A stretch of DNA of 64,000 nucleotides from Limisphaerales bacterium (GTDB lineage: Bacteria; Verrucomicrobiota; Verrucomicrobiia; Limisphaerales; JADLHS01), in contig JBGAIM010000017.1 of NCBI GenBank assembly GCA_044225555.1, forward strand, positions 9,915-73,914, in the 5' to 3' direction. Shown in pieces: positions 25,544-35,400 of the stretch; the stretch's first letter is position 1; each line of letters starts with the position of its first letter. The position numbers and the translations under genes are program-made. The notes beneath the pieces are model-generated. The model was given only the letters and a program-made list of their open reading frames with translations, searched no databases and had not been told where the DNA came from.

Positions 25544-27331
25544 TCACTCGGTTTGCATCCATCGGGTGTAAGCGCGTTCGCCAAAATACTCATAGCCCCG
25601 GCCTTCAAGAGGCGTGCCCAGCAGCATCGCGTGGATAAATCCGTTGCGCTCGACCTGTACGGTGTGAAGGATTTTGCGGTCGGGATTCTCTTTGAGCAGG
25701 AACTGGAGCCGGCCATCAAGCGCGCGATGGGTTTGCAGCCCGGCGGTGTTGGTGCGACTCTCGAACGTAAACTGCGCCCCGAGGTCCGCCAACATGGCGT
25801 GACTGCGCCCCCAGGTGCCGCCACGTTCGCTGACGAAGGTCTTCCCGTCGAGCAGCGCGATGGAATCATGATAGGCCAGTACACAGAGCGTGGGTTGCGG
25901 AGACGAGTTCAGCCAGTGGGCGAGTTTTGCGAAGTGGTTCGTGGTTTCGTAGGCATAGTTGCTGTCGAGAAAGGCAATGCGCGCCACCGCGTCAGGGATA
26001 TTCTCCTGCGTGTTGAGATAGCCGAACGTGAAACTGCCCCCGCCGCTGTGGCCGGTGAGCACTATTTCCAGCCGGTTGGTGGGGAAATGGTTTTTGATGC
26101 AATCAACCAGCCCGGGAATTGCAGTGTCGCCGTGCTTTCGCCGCCAGGCCGGCCAGCTTTTCATTTCCGTTTCGAGATAGGCGACGACAATCGTGCGGTT
26201 GGTGAGGGTCTCGCGGAGAAAGCGCGTCTGCGCGCCGATGTGTTGAATGTCGAAATGCCAGTCGTCGCCTTGCTGGAGTTTTTTGCCGGCAGTCTGCGCG
26301 ATCGTGTTGCCGTTGGGTAGCGCGTAGAGGATCAGCAGCACGGGCCTGCCTGTCGCGAACTCGGCAGCGGCGGGGGCGTTGATCTGGACTTTCACTTCCG
26401 GCACGTAGGGAAAGCTGGCCACGCGTTCGGCGAATTGTCCGGTGGATTTGAACTCGCCGATGTTCGGCGCGAACGAGGTCTGGAGTGTGGGCGCGGGCAA
26501 CGAATTGGTCGGGTAGCGGGCGCTGACAACCAAACCTTCATCGCTCAGCAAACCCGCCATTGCCGGATCGGTGAGGACGCGGGCGACCGTGGTGGTTTCT
26601 CCATTCAAGAGCATTTGCTGCTGGATGAGCCGGAGGCCGTGGCTGTAATCCACCCAGGTGGCTGTGTGGCCGAGATAAAGCGGCTGGATGGCGACGCCGT
26701 TGGTTTGATGCCAGCCGTAGATGGCAACTTTGTTCGGGGCGGTCGCCAATTTCGCAGTGATGACGACGTCCTTCTTGTGTCCGGCGACAAGTGCGCCTGC
26801 CGGATGCCGATCCAAAAGTGCCACGCGCTGAGTCCGGACAATCTCATTGTGCTGGAGAAACACCGGAACGCTCGTCATTGCGCTGTTCGCAGGGAGCGGC
26901 GCCGGGGTGAGTTTCGCTTTCGCGTTGACGTAGATGGTGTCCACCAGCTTGCGAGTGGGCAGGGTGCAACTCAATTGGTCGGCGATGACTTGCGCCGTCA
27001 TCGGCGTCATCGGCGTGAGGAAGTGATCTTCGTTGTCGCCCACAGCGAGGTAGTCGGGCGCGACGTAAAATGTGGCTGAGTTGGTTCGCCCGTCCGCCAC
27101 ATTGGTGATTGTGATCGGGCAGAGTCGCCGCAGGAATTCCGGGACATTGCCGGAAAGAACTTCGGCGAGAATTGCCTGTTCCCGATCAGCCAGCGGGAGC
27201 GAACTGATTTGCCGGGCGAAATCGCCGCCCGCAACCGCATGGGGCTGGCGCGCGGGGAGGGGAAGCGTTTGCGCCTTCGCGAAGCAGGCGCAGGCAACAA
27301 TTCCAACAGTGGCCAGCCAAACCGGTTGCAT
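25544..27331 (-). CDS. Secreted two-domain hypothetical protein; C-terminal half alpha/beta-hydrolase-like (GHSGGG)
   Basis: Start placed at ATG 27331 (MQPVWLATVGIVACACFAKAQT, signal-like). The 755-aa ORF-track version extends antisense through a better + strand gene. The C-terminal region has a nucleophile-elbow-like LTGHSGGGSF. I do not recognise the N-terminal domain (YVAPDYLAVGDNEDHFLTPM...). Confidence 0.65.
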   Translation of the reverse strand: MQPVWLATVGIVACACFAKAQTLPLPARQPHAVAGGDFARQISSLPLADREQAILAEVLSGNVPEFLRRLCPITITNVADGRTNSATFYVAPDYLAVGDNEDHFLTPMTPMTAQVIADQLSCTLPTRKLVDTIYVNAKAKLTPAPLPANSAMTSVPVFLQHNEIVRTQRVALLDRHPAGALVAGHKKDVVITAKLATAPNKVAIYGWHQTNGVAIQPLYLGHTATWVDYSHGLRLIQQQMLLNGETTTVARVLTDPAMAGLLSDEGLVVSARYPTNSLPAPTLQTSFAPNIGEFKSTGQFAERVASFPYVPEVKVQINAPAAAEFATGRPVLLILYALPNGNTIAQTAGKKLQQGDDWHFDIQHIGAQTRFLRETLTNRTIVVAYLETEMKSWPAWRRKHGDTAIPGLVDCIKNHFPTNRLEIVLTGHSGGGSFTFGYLNTQENIPDAVARIAFLDSNYAYETTNHFAKLAHWLNSSPQPTLCVLAYHDSIALLDGKTFVSERGGTWGRSHAMLADLGAQFTFESRTNTAGLQTHRALDGRLQFLLKENPDRKILHTVQVERNGFIHAMLLGTPLEGRGYEYFGERAYTRWMQTE

Positions 27332-27553
27332 CAACTTGTTCAACCATGAATGATGGCGATTGGAAATACTTTTCTGCCCATTTCGCAAGGGGCGGATGGT
27401 CACCGAATGCCGAGGAGGTAATTTTGAACAAACTGGTCCTGCCACGGTCCATTCACCTGACGACGTTGCGGCAAAACAATTGAAACTTTTCACCACGCGG
27501 TAACGTCTGCCCGCATGGCAGGAACACTGCGCAAACCACGAAACCATATCATT

Positions 27554-27793
27554 ATGAAGAAAATACTGGCAATTCTCTGCATCACTTGTGCCCTGGCCGT
27601 AGCCGCTCAGGCACAGGATTCGACCAAGAAGAAACACGAGCCCAGCCCCGAAGCGAAGGCGTTGCTGGACAAGTACGACACGAACAAGGACGGCAAACTT
27701 GACAAGGCCGAGAAGGCCAAAATGACTCCGGAAGACAAGGAAAGCTGGCAAAAGGCGAGTCAGGCCGCCAAGAAAAAGAAGAAAAAGGACTGA
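27554..27793 (+). CDS. Small secreted EF-hand miniprotein with poly-Lys tail (79 aa)
   Basis: From ATG 27554: signal peptide MKKILAILCITCALAVAAQAQ, a canonical 12-residue EF-hand loop DTNKDGKLDKAE, and a C-terminal AAKKKKKKD. A strong terminator follows. Confidence 0.7.
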   Translation: MKKILAILCITCALAVAAQAQDSTKKKHEPSPEAKALLDKYDTNKDGKLDKAEKAKMTPEDKESWQKASQAAKKKKKKD

Positions 27794-27824
27794 CCTAGCC
27801 GGACCCGGCATTCGCCGTATTCAA

Positions 27825-27856
27825 AACTTCACCGCAACGACGGTGAAGTTTTTTTG
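27825..27856 (+). terminator. Rho-independent terminator (between convergent genes)
   Basis: aacttcaccg-caacga-cggtgaagtt, a perfect 10-bp stem followed by a T7 run. Confidence 0.8.
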
Positions 27857-27865
27857 TTGCCGTCG

Positions 27866-29812
27866 TCATGGCTTGGGCGCGGCCGGCACATTCCCGGCCG
27901 CACGAATGGCGGCGAGATTCGTTTGTGCTTCCGCGTAATCGGGTTTCAACCGAATGGCGGTTTCAAATGCGCTCACTGCGGGATCAATCCGGCCAGCCTT
28001 GACCAGGGCAACGCCCAGATTGAAATAGGCGCGGGGATAATCCGGCCGGGCGGCGATGGCTTGCTGATATTGGCTGATCGCCTGGTCGAGTTGTCCGAGC
28101 CGGTCGAGCGTGACGCCGAGATTGTTATGGGCATCGGCGAGTTGCGGGTTGATCCGGAGCGTTTCCTGGAACTGCGCCACTGCATCATTGAGTCGCCCGA
28201 GCCGGCCATAAAGCAAGCCCAGATTGTAGTGCGCATCGGCATAATTCCGGCGCAGCGCAATGGCGCGCGAATACTCGGTGGCGGCGTTGTCGAATTGACC
28301 GGCACTTTCGAGGGCGACGGCGAGATTGAAATGCGCTTCCGCATAACGCGGGCGGAGCTGGAAAGCGCGCTGATAATGTTCCACCGCTTCCGCCAGTTTG
28401 CCCTGATGCTGGAGGGCGACGCCGAGATTGTTGTGGGCGTCGGCATAGTCGGGTTTGATTTCCAGCGCGCGCTGATGCTCGCGGAGGGCCTCGGTATTTT
28501 CTCCGCGCTTCTCCAGCACGGCGCCCAGCATGTCGTGCGCGAGATAATTATTCGGCGTGACCGCGATGGCGTGGCGACAGAGTGACTCGGTGCTTTTCCA
28601 AACGCGCACTTGTTGCCGGGTGAGGAAAAGGGAGGCGAGTGCGGCCACGCCGCCAATGATTCCCACGGTTTGGGTCAGTTGTTTGCGATCCGACATGAGG
28701 GCGTGAATTCCCCAAACCAGCGCGATCAGAATTCCCACCGACGGAATGTAGGTGTAGCGATCCGCGATGGATTGCTGCCCGACTTGCACCAGGCCGATCA
28801 CCGGCACCAGCGTGCCGAGAAACCAACACCAGCCGACGAGCAAACTCGGATGACGCTCGCGCAGACGCAAAGCCAGCAAAGAAACGGCCACAAGCAACAG
28901 CAGCGCGGCGGCGACGGCCACAATCGGCCATTGTTCTGGATGCGGGTAGAAGAACGCCAGGTCAACAGGCCAGAGAGTTTTGCCCACATAACGAACGAAG
29001 GATATGACCACGTTGCTGAGGCGATAGCCAAGCGACATGTATTCGTTGACGGCGCCGGCGTTACGTTGAACGAGGAAGGTCAGAATGCTGGAGACAAGGG
29101 ACAAGGCGAAGAACGGGAGCTTCTCCAGAAACAGCGCGGGAAACTTTTTCGGCCTCAATCGCTTCAATGGCCAGACATCCAGCAGCAGCAGTGCGAAGGG
29201 CAGGGTGACGAGCATGGGTTTGGCCATCAGTCCGCAGGCAAAGCAGAGCAGGGTAAGGCCATACCACAGATTTGACCGCTGGTTGTTGCCGCCCAGCGCC
29301 CGGACGTAATACGCGTAAACGAGAACGGTCAGAAACCAGAAGACCGCGCTCAAAGCGTCTTTGCGTTCCGCCACCCACGCCACCGATTCAGCGCGCAATG
29401 GATGCAAACCAAACAATGCAGCGACCAGAAAACTTCGCCAAGTCGCGCCGGTCAAAGCTTGCAGCGCGAGGAAGAGCAGGATGCAACTCAGCAGGTGCAG
29501 CAGCACGCTCGTGAGATGATGGCCGGTCGGATTCAACCCGAACAAATGCACGTCCAGCATGTGCGACAGCCACGTCAGCGGATGCCAGTTCGCCGCCTCG
29601 GTGGACGTGAAAGCCCACTTGATGCCCTCCCAGTTCAGACCGCGTTGCACGGTCATGTTGGACGTGACGTAATCGGTGTCGTCATAACCGACGAAGTCAT
29701 TGTCCAACGCTGGTTGAAACGCGGCGAATACGAGCGCGGCCAGCGCGAGGCTGAGAACGACCACCAATCCGCACGAGCGTTCCCCGGGAACTGACTGGTC
29801 GGCCACGCTCAC
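27866..29812 (-). CDS. TMTC-like membrane protein: N-terminal multi-pass GT-C/PMT-like (DUF1736-type) domain + C-terminal TPR array
   Basis: 648 aa. The N-terminal pattern FAAFQPALDNDFVGYDDTDYVTSNMTVQRGLNWEGIKWAF plus about 10 hydrophobic helices is the pattern I associate with bacterial TMTC/DUF1736 proteins. The C-terminal part has about 8 tandem 34-aa TPRs (AxxxYxxAlxxxPxyaeAhxNLG). GTG start with a GTGA overlap on the upstream gene's stop. Confidence 0.8.
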   Translation of the reverse strand: MSVADQSVPGERSCGLVVVLSLALAALVFAAFQPALDNDFVGYDDTDYVTSNMTVQRGLNWEGIKWAFTSTEAANWHPLTWLSHMLDVHLFGLNPTGHHLTSVLLHLLSCILLFLALQALTGATWRSFLVAALFGLHPLRAESVAWVAERKDALSAVFWFLTVLVYAYYVRALGGNNQRSNLWYGLTLLCFACGLMAKPMLVTLPFALLLLDVWPLKRLRPKKFPALFLEKLPFFALSLVSSILTFLVQRNAGAVNEYMSLGYRLSNVVISFVRYVGKTLWPVDLAFFYPHPEQWPIVAVAAALLLLVAVSLLALRLRERHPSLLVGWCWFLGTLVPVIGLVQVGQQSIADRYTYIPSVGILIALVWGIHALMSDRKQLTQTVGIIGGVAALASLFLTRQQVRVWKSTESLCRHAIAVTPNNYLAHDMLGAVLEKRGENTEALREHQRALEIKPDYADAHNNLGVALQHQGKLAEAVEHYQRAFQLRPRYAEAHFNLAVALESAGQFDNAATEYSRAIALRRNYADAHYNLGLLYGRLGRLNDAVAQFQETLRINPQLADAHNNLGVTLDRLGQLDQAISQYQQAIAARPDYPRAYFNLGVALVKAGRIDPAVSAFETAIRLKPDYAEAQTNLAAIRAAGNVPAAPKP

Positions 29813-31386
29813 GGTTGCTTTTCGAGGACCAGCGCGCGTCCGGCCACCCCCGTGCGGTCAATCGGCGTGACGGCGATCACGTCCGGAGTTTTCTTGAAAC
29901 TGAAGGCCAGCTTTTCGCTCGGGACGATTTCTGAGTACCAGTTGCCGCCAACACGGGCTTGCAGTAGCCAAAGCCGTGGTTGCTGGCTGGTGACGGCACT
30001 GCATATCAGGCGCACGCCACCCGTCTTCAGGTCACTGATGAAATACGTTGGCTTGACTAGCATGTTGGTGGACAACCATGGACACGCCGGAACCAGTGCC
30101 GGCTCGGCGTAGGCGCTGCGTTGCAGAGCCGCCATCAGTTCCGGCGAGCGCACCAGCGCCTTCACGTTCCAGTGAATGTGTCCGGCACTTACCGGTTGAT
30201 CGGCGGACAACCGGATTTGATTCACGATCTCCTCGGGCTTCCACGGCGGCGAAGTCGTGCCGTCGAAACTCTGATTGGACTGCACCTTCGTGGTGTTGAT
30301 GCCGGGCCAGATGTGGCGCTGTTTGGGATTTTGCGCGTCCCACCAGTTGAGCAACACGGGGAAACTCTGCTCACGCGACTCAATGCTCCAGTAAAGTTGC
30401 GGCGCGAAATAGTCCGCCCAGCCGTTGGCCATCCACTTGCGAGCATCGGCGTAGAGTTTGGCATACGCGTCAAAGCCCTTGATCTGGGCGGGATTGCCCG
30501 GACGCCAGATGCCGAACGGGCTGATGCCGAACTTCACCCACGGCTTGGTGGCCTTGATGGATTTGTAGGTGCGCTCGATGAAATCATTCACGTTGTCGCG
30601 CCGCCAGTCATCCCGACTGAGACCGGACTTCGCGCCGAACTTCTGCCAGCTTGCATCGTCGGGAAATGGAAGTTCATTGCCGCGACCATCCTCTTCCGCG
30701 TAGGGATAGAAATAATCGTCGAAGTGAATGCCATCCACGTCGTAGCGCTTCAACACATCCATCACCACGCTCAACGAATACTCCTGCACGTCGCGCTCGC
30801 CGGGGTCGAGCCAGAGCAGACGGCCGTAACTGCGCACCAGTTGCGGGCGAGTCTTGCTGATGTGGTTCGCCGCAATGGGCGACTTGGCGTTGAAATGATG
30901 CGCGCGATACGGATTGAACCACGCGTGCAACTCGATGCCCCGCTTGTGCGCCTCGGTGATCGCAAATTCCAGCGGATCGTAATAGGGTGACGGCGCCTTG
31001 CCCATCGTGCCGGTGAGGTATTCCGACCACGGTTCAATCTTCGAGGCGTAAAGCGCATCACACGACGGGCGCACCTGGAAGATAAGCGCGTTGAGCTTGA
31101 GTTGCGCCGCGCGATCTATGATGGCGACCAATTCCGCCTTTTGATCAGCGGTGGACAAACCGGGCTTGGAAGGCCAGACACTGTTGCCCACCGTCGCAAT
31201 CCACGCGGCGCGGAACTCGCGTCGTGGCGGGGGCGGTTTAACGTCCGACGGCACATAGCTGGTCGCGGCCACCGACGACAAAGCCGTCAGCGCCGCGAAC
31301 GCAATCCAAGTGAAGCTGAACGGCTTGGGACGCACGGGCTTATTTGAAACGAACACTCTGCGCGACGCCAGAATAGAAACCGACAT
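29809..31386 (-). CDS. GHL10-type glycoside hydrolase-like protein (YngK/YddW family)
   Basis: 525 aa. Signal/anchor, then EFRAAWIATVGNSVWPS...LNALIFQVRPSCDALY...HKRGIELHAWFNPYRA, the TIM-barrel pattern of the family 10-like hydrolases (DUF187), recalled from memory. Confidence 0.75.
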   Translation of the reverse strand: MSVSILASRRVFVSNKPVRPKPFSFTWIAFAALTALSSVAATSYVPSDVKPPPPRREFRAAWIATVGNSVWPSKPGLSTADQKAELVAIIDRAAQLKLNALIFQVRPSCDALYASKIEPWSEYLTGTMGKAPSPYYDPLEFAITEAHKRGIELHAWFNPYRAHHFNAKSPIAANHISKTRPQLVRSYGRLLWLDPGERDVQEYSLSVVMDVLKRYDVDGIHFDDYFYPYAEEDGRGNELPFPDDASWQKFGAKSGLSRDDWRRDNVNDFIERTYKSIKATKPWVKFGISPFGIWRPGNPAQIKGFDAYAKLYADARKWMANGWADYFAPQLYWSIESREQSFPVLLNWWDAQNPKQRHIWPGINTTKVQSNQSFDGTTSPPWKPEEIVNQIRLSADQPVSAGHIHWNVKALVRSPELMAALQRSAYAEPALVPACPWLSTNMLVKPTYFISDLKTGGVRLICSAVTSQQPRLWLLQARVGGNWYSEIVPSEKLAFSFKKTPDVIAVTPIDRTGVAGRALVLEKQP

Positions 31387-31467
31387 GTTTGGGTGAATTG
31401 CCCGAAGGTAATCAGCTGGATTGCCTCGGAGCGCGGTAGCGCCAACTTTTGTTCATTGTGCGGATGA

Positions 31468-32139
31468 TTACGGCCGCCAACGGCTCCGGCTCATAGTAAT
31501 TTGCTTGAGTGCAAAAGCGACGGTGAGCAAGGCCGCAACCGAAGGCTCGGGTACTTGGGTTAACGAAAACTGGATCTCATACATGTTTAAACTGCTAGTC
31601 CCAGCCCGAACGAAAGCATGAGTAATATCCGCTCGGGAGAAATCCATGGAAATGGGAAGCTCCGCGTTGGCCAGTAAATCATAAGGCGGGGCGGTTTCCC
31701 AGAACGCCATAAAAATCTGCGGAAAAGTGAAGACCGGCAATTCCGTTGGCCAGGCAGTTGGATTCTGAAGAGCCATTGCTTGGAACAGTTCCTGTCCACC
31801 ATTCGCCCCGTGCAAGATGTCCACCTGAATGTCAGTCGTCTGCTGGAAGTTCAAGCCATTGACATTCACTTTGAGCCAACCAGAACCCACGAATGAGCCG
31901 CGGGTAGGGTCATTGACATAAAGCGGCCAGTCAGGGGTGTCAGTGTCGAAACGAAGGCTGGCCTGCACCGGACTGCCGAGGTGAATTGTGGTCGGAGGGA
32001 CCAGTCCGTACGGATCATAAACCGAAGTCACGCGCCCCGTGAAGTCGAAGGTGACCGGAGTTGCTGACGAACTGAAGGTTGAAAGCGCCGTAAGAATGGT
32101 GATCGCCAGGGAAAACGGAAGCGGATGCTGGGATTTCAT
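31468..32139 (-). CDS. PEP-CTERM sorting-domain secreted protein
   Basis: Signal peptide (LAITILTALSTFSSSA). C-terminus is VPEPSVAALLTVAFALKQITMSRSRWRP, i.e. a PEP motif, a hydrophobic helix and a basic tail. The region is visibly more AT-rich than the window average. Confidence 0.75.
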   Translation of the reverse strand: MKSQHPLPFSLAITILTALSTFSSSATPVTFDFTGRVTSVYDPYGLVPPTTIHLGSPVQASLRFDTDTPDWPLYVNDPTRGSFVGSGWLKVNVNGLNFQQTTDIQVDILHGANGGQELFQAMALQNPTAWPTELPVFTFPQIFMAFWETAPPYDLLANAELPISMDFSRADITHAFVRAGTSSLNMYEIQFSLTQVPEPSVAALLTVAFALKQITMSRSRWRP

Positions 32140-32341
32140 AACGACTATCCGTTTAGCACGGCGAGTCCGAGCGTCAATAGAAATGATGTCGTTTAGGAAA
32201 GCACATGACCTGACCTCTGCAATTTCTCAAACAAAGTTGTTGCGCCATTCGAGCGTGAGGCGTAGAACATCTCCTGTCGGTAAAACGTTGGAAAAGTAGG
32301 GAAGTAACAGCACAGACGGCACAACGGCTAATCTCGGTTCC

Positions 32342-32369
32342 TCACCAATTAGTTGTGCGGTCGGCGGGC
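32342..32369 (+). promoter_or_regulatory. Copy A of a recurring motif TCACC-AATTAGTTGTG-(C)GGTCGGCGGGC, upstream of smc
   Basis: Shares an exact 11-mer AATTAGTTGTG plus the flanking TCACC and a GTCnGGCnGGC-like tail with 48366-48394. Lies 75-100 nt upstream of the smc ATG. Confidence 0.3.
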
Positions 32370-32443
32370 GATGGCCCAGTATCTTGTGGTTTTCGCTTTA
32401 CAGGGCACAGCCGGTTTGGTTTTGTTTCAACACACAATTAGTC

Positions 32444-35400
32444 ATGTATCTCAAGAACTTAACTGTTTTAGGTTTCAAGTCCTTTGCGGACAAAACCTCG
32501 TTGAATTTTCAGCCGGGTGTCACGGCCATCGTCGGCCCGAACGGGTGCGGCAAGTCGAACGTGTCGGATGCCATTCGCTGGGTGCTGGGCGAGCAATCGG
32601 CCAAGGCGTTGCGCGGCGGCGAAATGGCGGACGTGATCTTCAACGGCACGGACGGTCGCAAGCCCATGGGTATGGCGGAGGTTTCGATCACCCTCGGTGG
32701 GGTGGATGAAGACAACTTGCGCGCGTCGGGCGTCGAGGTGGCTTACAACGAAGTCACGGTCACGCGCCGCGTGTTCCGCGATGGCGGCAGCGAGTATTTT
32801 ATCAATCGCACACCGTGCCGGCTCAAGGACATCCAGCAGTTGTTCATGGGCACGGGTGTCGGGCGCACGAGTTACAGCATCATGGCGCAGGGGAACATCA
32901 CGCAGATTCTCTCCAGCAAGCCGGAGGACCGCCGCATGGTGTTCGAGGAAGCCGCCGGCATCACCAAGTTCAAGTCGCAGAAGCGCGAATCGTTACGCAA
33001 GCTGGAATACACCGAGCAAAATCTGTTGCGTGTGGCTGATCTCATCCGCGAAGTGAAGCGGCAGATTGGTTCGTTGCAACGGCAGGCAGGCAAGGCCAAG
33101 CGCTACAAACAAATCCAAGTCGAGTTGCAGCATCTCGACACGCAACTGGCGCGGCATCAACTCGACGTGTTGCTCGGCGAGATTCGCGACAAGCAAACGG
33201 CGGCGGACAATTTGCGGAACGAAATCGAAACGGAGTCCAGCGCTGTCCTGCGCGCCGAGGATGAAATCGCGCAATTGCGCGAACGACTCTCCGAACTCGA
33301 ACATGAGATTGCCGGCACGCAACAGCGTGGATTGGAACTCAAGAGCGAGATTGATCGTCACGAAAGCCGCGTGCAGTTCAACGAGGAGCGGCTGGCGGAA
33401 TTCGCCACACAGAACACCAAGGCCACAGCGGACATCACCGAAGCCGAGGAGCGCAATCGCTTCGCGCAGGATGAGCTTACTTCCGTCCGGGAGCGCATGG
33501 CTGCGTCCGAAGGCTTGCTCGCGAAACACAAGCAGTCATTGCAGACGCGCCAGGCCGCGTTGCAGCAAATCGAGAACGAGATTCGCAGCGGACAGGAACA
33601 ATTACGGCAGGCGCAATCGGAGGCCTTTGCCGCCGCGCAGGATTTGACCCGCGTGCGCAACGAGATCAACGCGCTCGATTTGCAGAAGCAGGGCAACGTG
33701 GTGCGACTGGAAAAACTTTCCGCCGAGAAAATCCAGTTGGAGGAAGAACGGAATGGATTGGAAACGCGGCTGGCTTCTTTCGCGGCGAATGTTGAATCCG
33801 AGAAGTTGAGCGTGGCGACTAAGCGCGGCTCTGTAGAACAGCGGCAGGCGCGGTTGAAAGAATTGCAGGCCGAGTTGCACCAATCCTCGACCGAACAGGA
33901 TCAGCTTTTGCAGCAGCAGGCGGAGAAGCGCTCGCGCCTCAATGTGCTCGAACAACTTCAAGGTTCGCACGAGGGTTTTAGCGCGGGCGCGGTCGCTGCG
34001 CTGCGGAAATCGCAATCGGTCATCGGCTCGCTGGCGGATCACATTCGAGTGCCGGAGCAATACGTCATCGCCATTGAAAATGCGCTGGGGCACAACCTGC
34101 AACTCGTGCTTACGGAGCAGCCCGAGTCGGCGCAGCAGATTCTTTCCGACTTGAGTGCCAACAAAGTCGGTCGCGCGAGCGTGGCCGCGTTGTCCATTGA
34201 GCACACCGACAACAGCCAGCTCGCATTCACCGGCGAAATGTCTCCGGCCAATGGCGAGTTGTCCGACAAGATTCTGGGTGAAGGCGAAATCGTTCACGCA
34301 CTGAGCGTCGTGAAGACCGATGCGTCGGTGGAAAAATTGTTGAAGTCGCTGCTGGGACGGACGTTCATCGCCGGGGATCTTTCGACGGCGACGGCACAGA
34401 TTCAGAACGGTCACGCGGGTTGCGACTTTGTCACACTTGGTGGGGACTTGTTGAATCGCCACGGCATTTACACGGGCGGTTATCTCAACGGCAATGGGAA
34501 TCCCAAGGCGCCGGCTTCGATCCTGGGTCGTAAGAAGCGCGAGCAGGAAGTGGCCATCGCCACCCGCGAAGGTGAGTTCAATGCGCTGGAGAGTTCCCGC
34601 CGGCTGCTGCATCAGAAAATTGACACGGTGGTTTACGAAGTGACGAGCCTGGCGGCGCAGGAGAAGGAAGGCAACGACAAGCGGGCGGCACTCGTTGAGC
34701 GCGCGACTATCCTCGCGACCAAGGAACATGCCGCCCAGGAAACCGTCGCAACTTTGACGACCGGCCTGGAATCATCACGCCAGCAGCGTGACACCGCCAC
34801 GGCGACGTTGACCGAGAGCAAAGTGGCGCTCGCGACGGAAGAACAGATGTCCGCTTCGTTCCGGCAGCAGTTGCAGTCACTGGAGCAGCGCGTGCGAGAA
34901 CTGGCGCAGATCATTGAGCAACGCAAGAGCGAGATTTCGTCGTTTATTGCCCGCAAAGCACAAGCGGAATCGGAGATTGCCGATTCGCAAAGCAAGATTG
35001 AACGCCTCGCCCACGAACGCGAACAGGTGAACGCACAGGCGGCGGAATTGTTGGGACGCAAGCAGACGCAGGAAGCAGATGTGACCACGCGGGATGAAGC
35101 ATTGCGCGAACAGCGGCGGCGCTTGACCGCGTTGCAGGAATCGCGCGGGGCGATTGACGTGGAGCTGGCCCAGAAGAACATGGCGGCGCAGAACCTGCGC
35201 GAGCGCATCCAGCAGAAGTATCACATCAACCTCGACGATGTGCGCAGCGAATGCATAACGATCACCTATGCGGATGAGGGCCCGGCGAAAGTACAGACGC
35301 TCTCACCCGAAGAAATGGCCGCGAGTGGTGCAGGCACCGACTGGAATGCGGTGGCGCAACAGGTCGAGGCTTTGCAGAAACGGCTCGATGAAATCGGCCC

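Noticed and set aside
27332-27811. N-terminal 160-codon extension of the 755-aa ORF (25544-27811)
   Set aside because: The extension is antisense to a convincing + strand gene (signal peptide + EF-hand, with its own terminator). The internal ATG at 27331 is followed immediately by a signal peptide.
33602-34729. 375-aa minus-strand ORF inside smc
   Set aside because: Antisense to the SMC coiled-coil region. The translation is Arg/Leu/Gln-rich and repetitive and no family is recognised.
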